Positions 12,543 through 26,251 of a DNA stretch of 64,000 bases are shown here, in pieces. How positions within the stretch are numbered: position 1 is the stretch's first letter; every line of letters begins with the position of its first letter. The notes under the pieces were generated by a model. That model was not told where the DNA came from. It worked only from the letters and a program-made list of their open reading frames with translations, and made no database searches. The position numbers and the translations under genes are program-made. The stretch is from NCBI RefSeq assembly GCF_011386835.1, contig NC_088813.1, forward strand, positions 10,106,001 to 10,170,000, given 5' to 3'. Source of the DNA: Chrysemys picta bellii. Its lineage: Eukaryota.

Positions 12543-13960
12543 TTACAAGTGCAGCTTTAACAAGGATATGAACATGCAGAAAACAAGTTACTCGAGTCAG
12601 CAGCACCCTAGAGAGGAGAGAATGCAGGGGACACTTGTTGGCCAAACAGATGGAAGAGAGGAGGCCTCTTGGCAAACACTAACTTGAAATAGGTGGAGAG
12701 ATCAAACCTCCAGCAAGAGCTGTCACTGCCCAGAGGGCTCTCTCCTGCCTACCATCCACCCCTCCCTTTGCAACAGCTGGAGGGCCTCAGTGCTGCTCAT
12801 TCACAGGATAGCAGAATTTCAACACACACACACCCAGTCACTTTAGTGACCTCTCCCCTGAAGTCTGTAGCTATCCACTTGTCCCATTTTCACCAAGCCC
12901 AACAACAGCACTGAGCCAATCCCATGCAGTGGGCAAATCAGCCACTGACCCCTCCTTGCTCCCTAGGCACGATTCAGCTCTAGCGCCTCCCCCAAGTTAG
13001 AAAGGCCACAAAGCCCCTTCCCAGCTCATTTGAGCAGCAGTGGTGACTAGTGGAGCAATGTCCTCTGATAACTGAAATGGATTTGTACCAGTGTGGACTG
13101 GGAGGAGTAAAATCCTTCTCGGTTGTAGATAAAATGGTGTTTAATTGGCACATTAGCCTCTACTCCAAAGACCAAGGGTGAAGGCAGGCCTTACTGGGGA
13201 GCGCCCCCCACGGCAAACAGAGGAAGGCTAGGAAAGCGATACAAAACAAGCCAACTGTTCCTACAGGACAGCAGAGCAGTCATGCAGGAAGAGTTAAGGG
13301 ACTTACCCAGTGAACAGTGCTGTATTACTGAAGGTAGGACCAATACCCCAAATGCCACAGCTGATCCACCCTCTGAGTCAATTTGCCTAATAAACACAGG
13401 GGGGTGGGTCCTAGCCAGGGTGCTGGGTCCTGTAAGAGTTTTACAGGTGCAGCTTGCTTTAGAGCAGGTACATCAGGGAGGGAGGGAGGGTCGGGGGGAG
13501 ACAGAAGATGGAATTTTGCTCATCAAGGCTCCAACTGCTCAGTTTCAAAGCAGGAGTTGGGAGGACAGCTCCACTCCTGTCACAACTAGACTGGTTCTTA
13601 ACCAAGGACTGGGGTTAGGGGGTCCTCAAGTGACAGTCCCAGGAGATGTTCAAACATTGCTTTACCCCCTCCTCTCTGCCAAGCAAGGTCCTCGCGGTCT
13701 ATATCAATGTGAGCCAGCTGGCTACATGTCTGGCAGGCGCTGCTGCTGCAAACTGATACGAGGCCCTTGCATTGTGCTGGACTGACAACAGCGGGGATGC
13801 CAGTCATGAAGCTGCTTCCATGGCAAGTTCACTTGGGGATGACAGGAGTGTTTACTTGCCCAAGGTCAAGAGATGACCCTTCTCTCCCCCCGACCCATGC
13901 ACATCCTGCCCCATTCCATGGCCTGTCTGAAGGGAGTGGAGGGGGAAAAAAAAGAGGGGC

Positions 13961-14012
13961 TCAGTTGAATTTAGCCTTGGAAAAGTCCATTTCTGGATGC
14001 TGCTCCATGAAC
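13961..14012 (-). CDS. NUDC: NUDC exon 9 (last)
   Basis: cag|G TTC ATG..; (K)FMEQHPEMDFSKAKFN*. Confidence 0.96.
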
Positions 14013-15614
14013 CTGCAAGAAAGAAAGGTGCACAAGTGAACGAGCTAGGCAGGCTGCATGCTACTTAATGCTATTCTGCAACATTTTACGCACACACACA
14101 GTAGAGAGCTTGACATTTCCTAGGCACTGTTCAATCTATCCTCACAACAGCTCCTGTATAGTGGGGACGCATTAATCCCCTCTTCTACATAGGAAGAGGA
14201 TAGCAATGCCCTCTCTGCTGTCACTTTCACTTGCTACCATGATGGCTGCTGCCCTACCCTTCCCCAGGCCTGCAGGTCTCACATTAGCCATGTTGATTTG
14301 CAGAGCTTCCCGTGCAAGGAACCCTGGACACCACCTCACTCCTTCCTGCTCCTGTTAATAATATCAGTAACGTTACCCAGTCATCAAGGCCAACAGGTGT
14401 AAACGAGCAACGGTTATTAATGGGACACACCCTTGGGAACTGTTACCTTCAGGGCAGACACGTAGCAGCTGCGCTGTTGATAATGGGGGTGAGGGGATTC
14501 TGATCTAAACTTTAGACATATTACTGGGGTTGTCGGAGATGGCTCCGCTACTGTGGTGGTGAGAACAGTAGCAAGAGAAGGATGGCACAGAAACCCAGCT
14601 CCAGTAAGCTGTATGTCAGCAGAGAGAAGGAATCTAACTGGGCCAGACAGTCTAAACTTCATGCCCATTCTCCACCAGTCAAAGAACACTGGGACTAAGC
14701 TTACGGAGAACATTCAACAAGTGATCTTGTGTACAAGAGATCCTGTCTACACTGCTCAGGGAAGCAAGGGCAAGCCCAGATTCTTCCTGAGGGGTGAGGG
14801 GAGACACAGTCTCAGTTTAGGGTCTGACGTACATTTTGGAACAACAAGTCATCGCACTAGAAGCACACAGCACATAAATCTGATGGACCTTTAGCTTGAA
14901 CAAGCCCCTATGGTGCTGATCAAAAAAACATCAGTAAAGTCTGCATCTGTGCAGAAAAACCAAGGAAGGTGAGATGGCAGCAGGAGAAACTGTCCTGCTA
15001 CACTAATCCTTGTTTCACCCCAGGGAAAAGAGGCGGTTTTGCATTTACAAGGGGAAGCTGCATGACCCACAGTTACCCTTCCTCTCATCCCCAGCAGATG
15101 TGGGCACTGACCCCACATGGCCTTGGCAGGAAAGTTACTCACAGGAACTCCAAGGTGCAGTTACGCCAAACAGAGCTATAAAGATATAAACGTGCTATTG
15201 GCTTGGAGACAGCTGTCTAATGTAGGATGTGTGGGGGAGGAAAAGTTATCTGGGCTACTAGGTTGAGAGAGATAAATGAGCTTTTACATGATCTCAGTGG
15301 CTCCATAGAGACAATACCTCCAGCCCAGACACCACCTGCTGTGTCTTACTCCCTGCACTTGAAGCTAGCCCTAGAACAGGGCTGAACAACACAGCACAAT
15401 TCAGTATGTTCCCATCCCAACGCTGAGGGTCAATGTCTAAAACATTTCAACTGAATTCTGCAAGTGAATGCAGACAGGCGCCAAGGCCAAACCCGTCTCA
15501 TGCGCTGTCAGTCATTCTTCCCCCTCCTATTACTCCATGACATATGGCTGACACACAAAATTGCTCCAGGGAGGTGGGGAAGAAAGTACCCAGGGATGAA
15601 TTCTCTCTACGCAC

Positions 15615-15733
15615 TTTTTCAGTATATCCTGCTTCTTCTGTTCATCAGACGTGGGGAGCCCCATGGATTTCTGACGTTGATCATACATCATTTTCTCCAC
15701 CATGCTGCGAGTTTCACTGTCCAGGTCTGACAA
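15615..15733 (-). CDS. NUDC: NUDC exon 8
   Basis: [39 protein letters not shown](K); 119 bp. Confidence 0.96.
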
Positions 15734-16592
15734 CTAAAACCCAAGGAGATTCTGTTATAGATGGAGGAACAAACCATAGGCCCCATGGCCTACATACAGA
15801 ACCTCTGCTTACAGTGAACTAAGGCAGAGTAAAATTTCAGTGCACCATAGCATGCAAACTACAGACCTACTTATATAGCAACTGACCTGTAAATCAACTG
15901 CACTCACTGCAATAAGGTTTTGCTGGATTCAGATTGCATGGTAGGGTAGCTTTCAAGTAGCCAACACAATCTCATGCTTTTGAATGATTTAACTTGCTAG
16001 ATCACCTCTTTCTAGTTATGCCAGCCATACCCCCAGTCAGGGAATACACTCACAAAGTCTCTCACAAATATTCCGTTACAGTCATACTCTGATCCAAAAA
16101 CTGTTCCATGAGGAGGCTCCTCGTGTTTCTTTGAACAGGCACCCTACACCCCCCTCCAGGTGAACACTCACTGGATTCTATAGGAGCAAACGTCTCTGGA
16201 GTAACATTGAACGCATGGTATATGAAGTCAGGGGGAGGGGTTTTCCTTATTCAGAGTAGAGGTTTCTTCTCAGACTAATGCAACACTGTCACCATGGGCA
16301 GTGACAAATGTACACCTTGTTTTCCCTGGACACAAGAAATCCTGCAGTCCCACTTCTAATTCAGACCAGGTCTCTCATGGGGCAGTGTGAAGAGTTGCCT
16401 GCCACGCTTCTTATAGTTCCATAGATCAATATTTCTCCCAAGTCTTCATCCCCTTTGGATTCTGTCCCCTTTGGCCCCATTTACTTTGCTTGCAGAGTGA
16501 ATACATGGTAGAGGCCAAAAGGTTTAAGAATGCTGTGATCAAGTTCACAGCCCCTCTTCACTGTGGCTAATGGGGTGACAAACAGATATTAC

Positions 16593-16676
16593 CTTTGAGT
16601 TCTCTGGGTTAATTTTCTTGGTGTTGATTTCTGGGTCCGTGGGAACTAGCTTGCTCCACCATTCCATCTTGTTGAT
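16593..16676 (-). CDS. NUDC: NUDC exon 7
   Basis: [28 protein letters not shown]; ag/gt flanks. Confidence 0.96.
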
Positions 16677-17442
16677 CTAAAGAGGAGAGGTGGCAGTAAA
16701 GAACACTTCACAAACAACACGTTCTCTGGAAATGCTCATATGGGATATTTAGGGGGGGTTACTTTTTTGTTACAAAGAAACAGAGTCGCTGGACTCAAAC
16801 CCAGCTTGTGTAGCCCTTAATTGACAATGCCCATCCGAAGATAAAAGCCTGGATATAAAAGGCAGCTTTCCCATTCTCAACCACCTCAGTTTAATCCCAA
16901 ATGGCAGGAATTACCACTGGTAGCAACAATCTGCAAGGAGACAGCGTCCAGAATGGGCAAACCCATGTTCCTATTATTAATCAACTAGAACTGAAATGGC
17001 ATACAAGGAACACTGCCACACTGAAACCTGCCAGCACATGACACCAGCTGTGCCCAGATGTTCACATACCACAGGTGAAAGACAGACCAGCACTTCACTC
17101 CGATAATGCGCTCAACTTTAAAAGAAAAGCTGACTCCATTCTCAAAGAGTGAGTGACCAATCCAGGAGCATGGATCAATTAAAAGTTACAGCTGAAAATC
17201 TGGTCAGACTCTGGTCCTCAAAAATCTGATGTCCCTAAGTGGAGTAGTATATATAGGCTCAAGCAATACTGTACCAAAGAACAGGAGTGAAAATACAACC
17301 TTAACTCTCAAGGTTCCTGGCTCTGGGGGATGTATAACAGACATGAGCCTGAATCCTATCACTGACTCACCCTGCTGTACCTTGTACAGGATGTGAGAGA
17401 AAGTTCCAGACCTGAGCCGTTCTTTTTAGGTGACAAAACTGA

Positions 17443-17642
17443 GGCCTGGTCTACGCTAGGAAATTAGGTCAGTATAACTATGTCACAGTAAAAAATCCAC
17501 ACCCCTGAGCAACACGATTAAACTAACCTAACCCCTGTGTAGACAGTGCTAGATCCATGGGAGAATTCTCCTGTTGACTTAGCTACCTTCTCTCGGGGAG
17601 GTGGAGTACTCACTGCTGCACCATTTTAAGTGTAGACAAGCC
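17443..17642. mobile_element. PIF/Harbinger-like MITE in NUDC intron 6
   Basis: Termini GGCCTGGTCTACGCT ... AGTGTAGACAAGCC. Confidence 0.6.
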
Positions 17643-17726
17643 ATGAAGAACTGTCCCAGATTGAGGTGTCAAAATACTGTGTAGATGGGTCACTGGTCTG
17701 ACCCAGTATGGCGTTTATATTCTTAC

Positions 17727-17921
17727 CTTCTCCAGGTGCACGGTGACTATTTTACCATCCTCAATCAGCCAGGAGCTCTCCTCCACCTTCACTTCATTGT
17801 ATAGGTCTCCTTCAATCACTGGGGGGTGACCCTTCAGCCCCACTTTCAGGTGCCGTCTCTGAATGTCCACCACCACATCCTTCCCCTTCAGCCGGAAGTT
17901 CACCTTGAATGGTATGGCCAG
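17727..17921 (-). CDS. NUDC: NUDC exon 6 (CS/p23 domain)
   Basis: [31 protein letters not shown]...VTVHLEK; 195 bp. Confidence 0.97.
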
Positions 17922-18417
17922 CTGGATAGGAGAGAGAGGGAGAAGGAGGGATCAGAGAGCTCTCTCACTTCCCCTTGTGTTACTGCTCCAAGACTCTCTA
18001 CCTTGAGTTCATCTGAGCTACAAGGTATATACTAGTGCAGGACATGCTCTTTGTGCATTAAATATATGGATTCTGTGGGGACTGAAGCAGAAATCTGGCA
18101 AGATGATGCCTGACAGGTCTCAAGTGGGTCACAAAGGATGAACAAAATATGAGTGCGGTCTCACTTCAACAAGGTCAAGATTGAGGCAGGATGACAAAAG
18201 GGCCTCAAAGCATCTTACCTGCCAAGCTCTCTCCCATTATTGGTGTGCTACAGCTAAACACTGTTAACTGTTATCTTCTTGGACAACCTGAATACAAAGC
18301 ATATCATTGAGCTAGCTGACCTTGTTACTGATCAACAGCTGCACAGTTCATAGCAGTGCCTGCCCTCAAGTTTCAAGGCTAGAATTCCTCACATCCCCAG
18401 TCAAAGGCAGCACTTAC

Positions 18418-18531
18418 ATCCAGTTCAGAAAGGGTCTGTGTCCACCTATAGTTTGGAAGATCAGCCCCATTCCCAGAGTTTGGTTTAAGTTTTCCTTTAT
18501 CCTTCTCATCTTCTTCCTCATCATCTGTCTC
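18418..18531 (-). CDS. NUDC: NUDC exon 5
   Basis: [38 protein letters not shown]|gtaagt. Confidence 0.96.
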
Positions 18532-18941
18532 CTAAACAGACAATTTAAGCATCAGTAAAGAGGTTTTCAAGCCTGCATATACATTTCACTAGTAAGAATG
18601 GCTCTTTAAATTCATATGGGATCTTCCAGTTAATTATGTGTTTGATGGCCAAGGCACTCCACGTAGATCCAGTCCAGAATTAGAAGGCAGAGATTTCCCT
18701 TTTAAAGCATCAGAATTTTAAAAAAATTAGGGAAGGTCTTTTGAGAATCCGTTGCATTCGCCAAATGGGCAGGGAGTACAGATGGCAGAAGCACTGAAGA
18801 CCTCCAGTGCATGCTCTCACAGAGGACACTCCACACCGTTCAGACGGCACACTCCCCCACATACTGAGAGGCCACCTCAATGTTGTTCAGATGCACACTT
18901 CCCCCTCCCCAGATCTGAGGAAGACTCTGGGAACACCTTAC

Positions 18942-19028
18942 CTGTTTACTGGGCTCTGGAGATTCCGTTTGATTCTCACACGGTTTCAGTGAGACATCTT
19001 TGGGCTCATCTTGTTTTTGCTCTTTTTT
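18942..19028 (-). CDS. NUDC: NUDC exon 4 (variable linker)
   Basis: cag|KKEQKQDEPKDVSLKPCENQTESPEPSKQ|gtaagg; phase 0-0; starts KK and ends KQ like the human exon. Confidence 0.88.
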
Positions 19029-19612
19029 CTGTTAAAAACCCAAACATCCCAGACTGATTATCTGATATCTGTGAAACTCTGACAAATGAAATGTACTAAT
19101 ACAGCACTAGGTGGCCCCATTTCCTTCTTTAGATAAAGCTGCAGGCCTGTGCATGACTCAGAACTACAGGAAACTTGGGGGGGAGAGGGAATTTCCAGCT
19201 CTACTGCACCATGTAACAGGAAAGCCCCACTGTCCAAGAGGCAGACTGGCATGGCATCAGCCCGCCTCTGCTCCTTTCCCCAGTGTAACTGCAGAGAGAG
19301 TTACTCAGAGACCGTGCCAGAGCGCTCTGTTGCAATAAGAGCACTTGCTGAGGGCACTGGGGCAAAGTAACTTGTAAGAGAACCAAGGAGAAGAAAGATT
19401 GGGCAGGCTTAGATTAACTTGGAAATGCAACAGCTGCTCCAGTCTGGTATTCTGGATATTTGAACAAGCACCAAGTTTCTAACTGAATTATACCAGTCAC
19501 TACTGATTGGGTTGCACGTAAGCCAACCAAGAAGGCTGGCTCTAGCCCCATACAGTCTCCCTTTAAAAGGCACATAGTGTGCACACAAATGCTCACCGTA
19601 CTGAGCTCTCAC

Positions 19613-19816
19613 CTGGTCAATTTCCTGTTGCAACCTTTCCGCCTCTTCCTCTGTAAGCTCCTTGATCCTTGGCTCATTATCTTCCTGCTTCTTTTCTTTA
19701 GCGAGTTTGGCAGCTCGCTCTGTCTTTTCACGCCGTTCTGCTTCTTGCCGGGCCTTCTTCTCCTTCCGCTCTTTCTGAGCCAGCTTGTTGTGGTGGTTGA
19801 ACGTCTCCGTGATTAA
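19613..19816 (-). CDS. NUDC: NUDC exon 3
   Basis: [31 protein letters not shown]...LQQEIDQ; 204 bp. Confidence 0.96.
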
Positions 19817-21120
19817 CTGAAAGAAAGGAGCCCAATGATGGATGAGTTTTAAGAATTCACCACGAACCTGGGTGGCAGCAGCTGAAGGGAGACTCCATCT
19901 CCCGCATAAGTCTACTGCAGAGCAGACACGTTCCTCAAAAGCACTGACCTAGGGACATTTCCCTCTCTTTTCATCCCATGATTTGAGGTGGTGTCTGACA
20001 GGATATCTGGGAAAGTTCATAATACTTTCCAAGTCCCTGCCCATAGAAGAAAAGTACTCCTTGAGCCGGATTCTCCATTGCTCTGTACCTTGTGTAGTGT
20101 AAAATCCTACCATTGGATTTGGCAGTGTTTAACAGCTACTTTGCAGAGGTGAAAGTGCAATGGAGATTCAGGACCCTAGTTTGTATACCCAGCTCTGTGC
20201 CAAGGATTTGTAGTCTCACCTTAAACTATTCATGTAGTCTCTGTGCCTTACTCATCTGTAAAGTGAGAATACCGACCAGGAGGCTCTGATAACTAGCGTT
20301 TGTCAATGCTTTGAGATCCCCCCGTGGAAGAAGTTATAGGTGTATAATGTGTTATAACTGGATCTGGATGCTTTCCGGGTGGAGTACAGAAGGCCTTTCC
20401 CATCTGAAGCGTCCCCGTATACTAGATGGATAATTATCCAATTTAATATTTAGATAGTAAGCTATTTAGGGTGGAGACCTTGCATTCATACTATTCTTTG
20501 TAAACACCTTGCATTGTTGGCAGAATAGGGAAAAAGAAATAACAATGAATACTTAAAAACCTAGAAGCATCAATTTTTACCTGAAAGCTATAGTTTGTCG
20601 GAAAGAGATTTGAAAACCAAATTATATCACTTGGGAACAAGTTACCATATAACCCTGCCCCAGGAGCACTCAAGAAAGGCAGAATATCGAGGTCTGTGAT
20701 GTAAATGGCTGCACTGCTTGGAGGGAGAGTTGAGTAAACAGGCAGGAAGTCAGAGGAATAACCCAGCTGTTGATAAAGCCAGAGGTACTGTGCGAGGCAG
20801 CATGTAGTGAAAACACAGTTCTGCTATGGAAAACACACTAGCTCTTCAGACAGGAAAGAACATCTGGGGAGAATGTGATGCAAGGCAGGTGGGAGCAATG
20901 CTGGGTACCCCTGGCAACCATCACAGATAGGAATCAAAGGGAGGAAGAGATTCCTTATATCAAAGGGTACGAGTTTAACCAAAGGAAGTTCCAAGGATGT
21001 GATCGGCACTCATCAGGGTGAACTGGCCCTCAGCTACTTATACAACTGACTGCAAACCAGTACAGGGGGAGAAGGATACAATGATTATTAAATCTTTATG
21101 TACACAGCAGAAGTGCAGTA

Positions 21121-21879
21121 CTCTGTTCCCTCTAAGCAGCCCCGCCACCCCAGGAGTGAATCACGCACTTGATTAGCAGAGCCAGAGCAGCATGTGCTCA
21201 GGTGCCCCTCCCCCTGCTGCTCTGCAGCCACATTGCTCTTGCCCTCTACCTTGGAGCCCCTGGCCAGCTGCTCCTGGTACCCTCCTGTTTGCTGTGGGGG
21301 GCAGAGAGGGTGCTGATATGTGGGTGCTGATATCAGGGTGTCCCCCTTCCCCTGCGTCCCCTTGCCCATGTACCCCATCTCCACAGGGGGCGGCACAGGG
21401 CTCAGGAGCAAGGAGAGCTGCTGTGGTCTGAATGAGCCTTCTGGCGAGTGAGTGCTTTAAAGAGACAATGCATGGTCTCTGACTTCCCCAGCAGCCAACT
21501 TGCACATACTGACTCTGTGTCTCACACACAGTCTCTGACACGTTCATCTCCCAACACATACTTGTGTTGTTGGTGGTACTTCCTGCAATGCACATATATT
21601 CTCTGTAATTTTATTCTTTCCAAGTGCTGTTATTTTTGTTTCTGGACTGGTCTGTGCATTTCATAATTTTATTTCTCTCTTATGCTTAAAATGTAATTCT
21701 TTGAGTAGTGAGCTCTAAAATGCCTAACCTGTCCTGGCTGGAGTAATTATCCCTATGGTAATTTTTTAATTAGGTTTTTTGTTTCTACTAGTGACGCAGA
21801 TCTGCACATTACCTCAATAGTGGTGCACATAACAAAATTCATTTTGCACATGGATGGAAAAAATTAGCGGGAACACCTG
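21121..21879. mobile_element. Non-autonomous DNA transposon (hAT-like), degenerate
   Basis: Imperfect inverted termini TGTTCCCTCTAA ... TTAGCGGGAACA; approximate bounds. Confidence 0.5.
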
Positions 21880-23301
21880 CCTGCAGTACCTTCTTCGATA
21901 TGATATTCAAAACACACCCCCTCTGTTGCATACATAGAAGTGGAATTGAGTCTCCAAAAAGCCGAAAGGATGGTACTACTAAAATACTATTCTAATTCAT
22001 TTCGGGGAGGGGAAGTGAAAAGGAGGCAGATGTGGCACAGGGTAACACTGGCACTTTAAAAGGGAAGAGGCCAGTGCACGTGCAACTGGTCAGTTGACCC
22101 CAAATTAGGCTTAAGAGAGGGCATCTGGGCACTAGAGGGCAGGAGATTGGGAGAGTCAGAACAGGTGAATGGTGGCTGAACCTCAGAGAGACAGACAGGA
22201 AGCAGCAAGGAAGAGGTTACAGGAGTTGCTTGGAAGAGAGCTGAATTCAGATAAGAGCTAGAACAGAACTGCTGGTGAGAACTCACTGAAGTGGGGGATC
22301 CTAGATGAGTGGAAGGCGTGGGCAGTGGCTCCTAGGAAAAAGGGGATGATACAGCTTGGTCAGAGGAAGCCTAAGCCTGGAAGAAAGAGGGTTGATGCAG
22401 GAAGTGGATCCCCTGCCAAGGGGAAGGCCTTACAGGTAGGAAGGCCTAGAGGAACACTGTAGGAGGGAGAGCTCTTGGGGCAAACACCTGAGTGAAGGGC
22501 TGCAAGAAGACTGGTTACCCACAGGCAGGAAAAAGGGATTCTAGATTGGTGTAAAAAGAATTCGGAACAGAGTGCTGCTAGTGATATGGCAGAGCTAAAC
22601 CTGAAGAGGGGAATGGGGGAAAAATAACACTGTATCTTCATACATGTACTGTGGAAACTGCAGAATGGTTTTATTACAAGGTTTTTGGGGAATTACTGCG
22701 CTGGTGTATACCAATTATGCCCAGGGGCAACTTTGTATCCGAGACAGATTATTGTTCCCTTCATGTGTGGATAAAGAGGGGAAACTGAGGCTGGAAGAAC
22801 CTGACAGGCCACAGCCTGTTGCGGGGGTGCTGCTTGAGGTGAAGCTGCCTTATGAAAAGGTTTTCTCCAGAATCTTTCTCCATCCACAAAAGAGGAATCA
22901 ACATTATGGTTTCCCTGCCTCTACAGCTAGTCAAATTCCAAGCTATGATCCCAAAGAGCTGTGTGAAAGAGGCTCAGTGTTCTTTCCCAAACGGAGGTGG
23001 GAGAAGCATGCTATTTCTGTCCACCGTATGCCTAACCCACATCTCAGGAGAGTCAGGGACTGAGATCAGGGCACTGACACATACCCGGCAGCAAGTGGCA
23101 GGGTGTTATGTAACCATTTGACTGTGGAATTGGCTCTGTTTCAAGTGTCTTTGCTGTTGGAAGACCCTTAAAGTTGCTTCAGCATTTGAATAGCCATGAA
23201 CAGAAGCACAAAATCTGTATTTGCATGTAGTATAGTTTACTCTCTGTATAGTGACTTGTCAAAGACTTGCCCTTACTGAGGAATGAATCCATAGTGAGGA
23301 T

Positions 23302-23391
23302 TGATTTAGTTGGGGATTGGTCCTGCTTTGAGTAGGGGGTTGGTAGATGACATCCTGAGGTCCCTTCCAACCCTGATATTCTATGATGATT
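23302..23391 (+). mobile_element. CR1 3'-end fragment
   Basis: tgatttagttggggattggtcctgctttgag...ctgaggtcccttccaaccctgatattctatgat matches the 3'UTR of the CR1 at 5414-5510. Confidence 0.85.
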
Positions 23392-25042
23392 TTAAAAACA
23401 AACCCTCAGTTAGTCAAGCACAAGAAAGTCCTTTAAAAAAAAAGGGGGGGGGGGGGGGAAAAGCATGTATTCTCACCTCCCATGTCAGCATAATTCCCCT
23501 TACCCCGCCATCACAAAAGCTTCACCTTGGTGCTGAGACCACGCACAAGACATTTCAGTCCCAAAGGAAACTTTAGCATAAGGACGGGTAGTGGGAGAAT
23601 GGGATAGAGCAGTCTGGCGTCTTCAAACCTTTGTTGGGGGGCACTATGTCGTGAAAGGCAGAGGAAGTCATGTTTTGTATGCAATGTCTTTCAGAGGATC
23701 ACAAAGCACTTTACAAGATAATTAAATCTTATCTTTCTCTTACAGGTGGGGAAACTAAGGTATGGCTGCTAAGTGATTTGACTTGCTATGTAACTTTTGA
23801 CAGTACAGCATAGAAGCCAGGAGTCCCAACTTTTAGTTCCCAACTCTAATCACTACAGGTGTCAGTCATCTGAAATTCTATTCAGAGTGCTAATCACATT
23901 TTCTTTCTATAACTATATGCCCATCCCTTTGTGATCCTGAAGATTTCTAGTCCCTCTCTCCCCAGACTGAGGGGGAAAGAGGAGTTAATCTTTTGCATCA
24001 TTTTCATCCTAAAGTTTCTTTTTCCATTTCACAGATTAGGCAGCATGTATACATTATGCAGCATTGACAAAGCCATATGGCAGTGGTTCCCAAACTCTGG
24101 CCTGCAGATCAGCAGTGGTTGGTAGAGCACTTAATGGCGGCACACAGAGAATTTGTTCCTCACCTCCACTTGCTAAACTGCATTAAAACATCTACAAATC
24201 TATTTAATAATTTCCCAATACTGATTTTTTTTTCCCCCATGCAAGAATTGCTGTAGTTGCCTGCCACAGATGTTATCCAGTAGCCAGTAGGAGGGGATGT
24301 GGTCTGTATGGAAATTAATGTTTCCATGAGATGCTACTAAAACATAGTCCACACTGTGAAGAAGTTTAGAACTCCAGCTATGGTAGCTAACTACAGAAGC
24401 CATGAAGTACCCAAACTTTCTGAATATTTGAGCACTTAGGTCTATTGTGAGATTAAATATGAAATGTAGTACTCTGCAGTAGGGTCAGGAATGCCAGCCT
24501 GCTGGAATCTGAAGGGTCCAATTCTCCCACACCCACACAGGGACCACCAGCCTCACACCAACACGGTCGTACCCTGCAGCTCAGAGACAAAGTGGCAATT
24601 GCATATGCTGTGAGACGGACTTTGTGCTTTTTCTGAAATGAACAAACAAGGTAACCTGGGGTTATCAATCCTGCAGTGTCTGTCACAGTTAAATCAGTAC
24701 GTCTGGCAGGCTTGCTTTCCAAACAAGCCTTTGGCCAGAGCATAGGCAAAAAAAACAACAACCTTTCACCACTGATGCCACTTGCACAATCAAACATGCT
24801 CAGCTGTGGATGGGGCAGTTTATTATTACCTTGTTTCCTTAATATGTTTTAGTAGTTTCATAGAAAATCAGGCCCATAAAGCAGTGAAAAAGAATCAGAT
24901 GGCAACAGGAGAGCACACTGAGGCAGAGCAGTAACTGGAGAATATGGAGAACTCAGTCTCCACAGAAATGAGTGTTTCCAGATAGGACATAGCTTGCTCC
25001 AGGTATGGCAGAAATCAGTCATGAACACATGGGGTGAGTTAC

Positions 25043-25120
25043 CTTCTCTGCTACTCCCTCTTCTCCTCCTATGAAGAAATCAGTTTTACGTCTGAGGAAA
25101 CTGAAGAATGTGTTCACAAG
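25043..25120 (-). CDS. NUDC: NUDC exon 2
   Basis: [26 protein letters not shown]; cag/gtaac flanks. Confidence 0.96.
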
Positions 25121-26251
25121 CTGAAAGACAAAAGAGGGGCAGTTTCAGGAGACTTGAAATAAAGACTTCAACCTACCCAAGAAAAAACAAAGTAACTTTG
25201 CTCTTGGCCTGCCAGGACATCAAACTGCCGCCAGATCAACAGGCGACGCTAGTTCCCATCAGTACTTCTCGCCTCAGCAAGGAGAGATTTTTGATGTTCT
25301 GTACTGTAATCCCCAGCCAAGTCTACCTGGAGATCTGTTTAAAGCTTGACATCAAATGCCCGTATCTATTTCTCAGATAAAACAACAACTAGTGTATTCT
25401 GCAAAGATATGCCTTCTGGATTCTCTACCTTTGAGATCTTCATGAGATTATACAATGGGCAAGGACTGAAAAATTCCTTTTGAAGTCACCTTCCCTCAGA
25501 ACCACCATGACTACTATCGTTACAGTGGGGGCTTCTAGAATTATAACCTTAAAACTATCTGGTGTGAGGATTGGTTTGTTTTGTTTTTAATAATAACTCT
25601 CATAAGCTTAAGTCTCTTTGCTCATGTAAGAACCCAGTAATTTTTTTCACGCACACACCCCAAATCATTCCTCAGCTCTGAGCAACGTTGTAGTAGCCAT
25701 AGGAGACCTTATGTGATCAAGTCTTATTTGTTTTTACAAGAGAGACTACAGCACACTTACTTAAATATGAAGAATTATAAACTGCAGCTCTACTTGTAAG
25801 AAGTAAAGCACACGTGACTCAGTATCCTGGACTTCACTAAATAAATGAAGAAAATTAATCTGTAAAATTCTGTAATTCACAATGGCCAACGATGCAAACT
25901 AGGGGCTTAACATCTACACGCTGGTTTAATAAAGCCAGGCTGTTGCACAGCTGCAAGGAAGTCTGTAGGTCTTGAAATACAGTTGTTACAATCCCTTATC
26001 ACTTTTTCCTAATCTTAGTAGTATCACACTGAGCAAATTTTTTAATCAACAGTCTGGTGAATGAGAGAATTATTTGAGCAAGTATCCTCATTTCCAGGCC
26101 ATACACCAAGCAAAGTTCTCCCTGTCCAAGGAAAAGATAAGTGGACTCAATAGAAGCAGAGACAAATCGCTGCTGTAATATGGCACAGCTAAAGGACAGC
26201 ATTGCATAATGGTCCAGATGTATAGGATGCAAAAAGAAGAAATTGCTTCTG

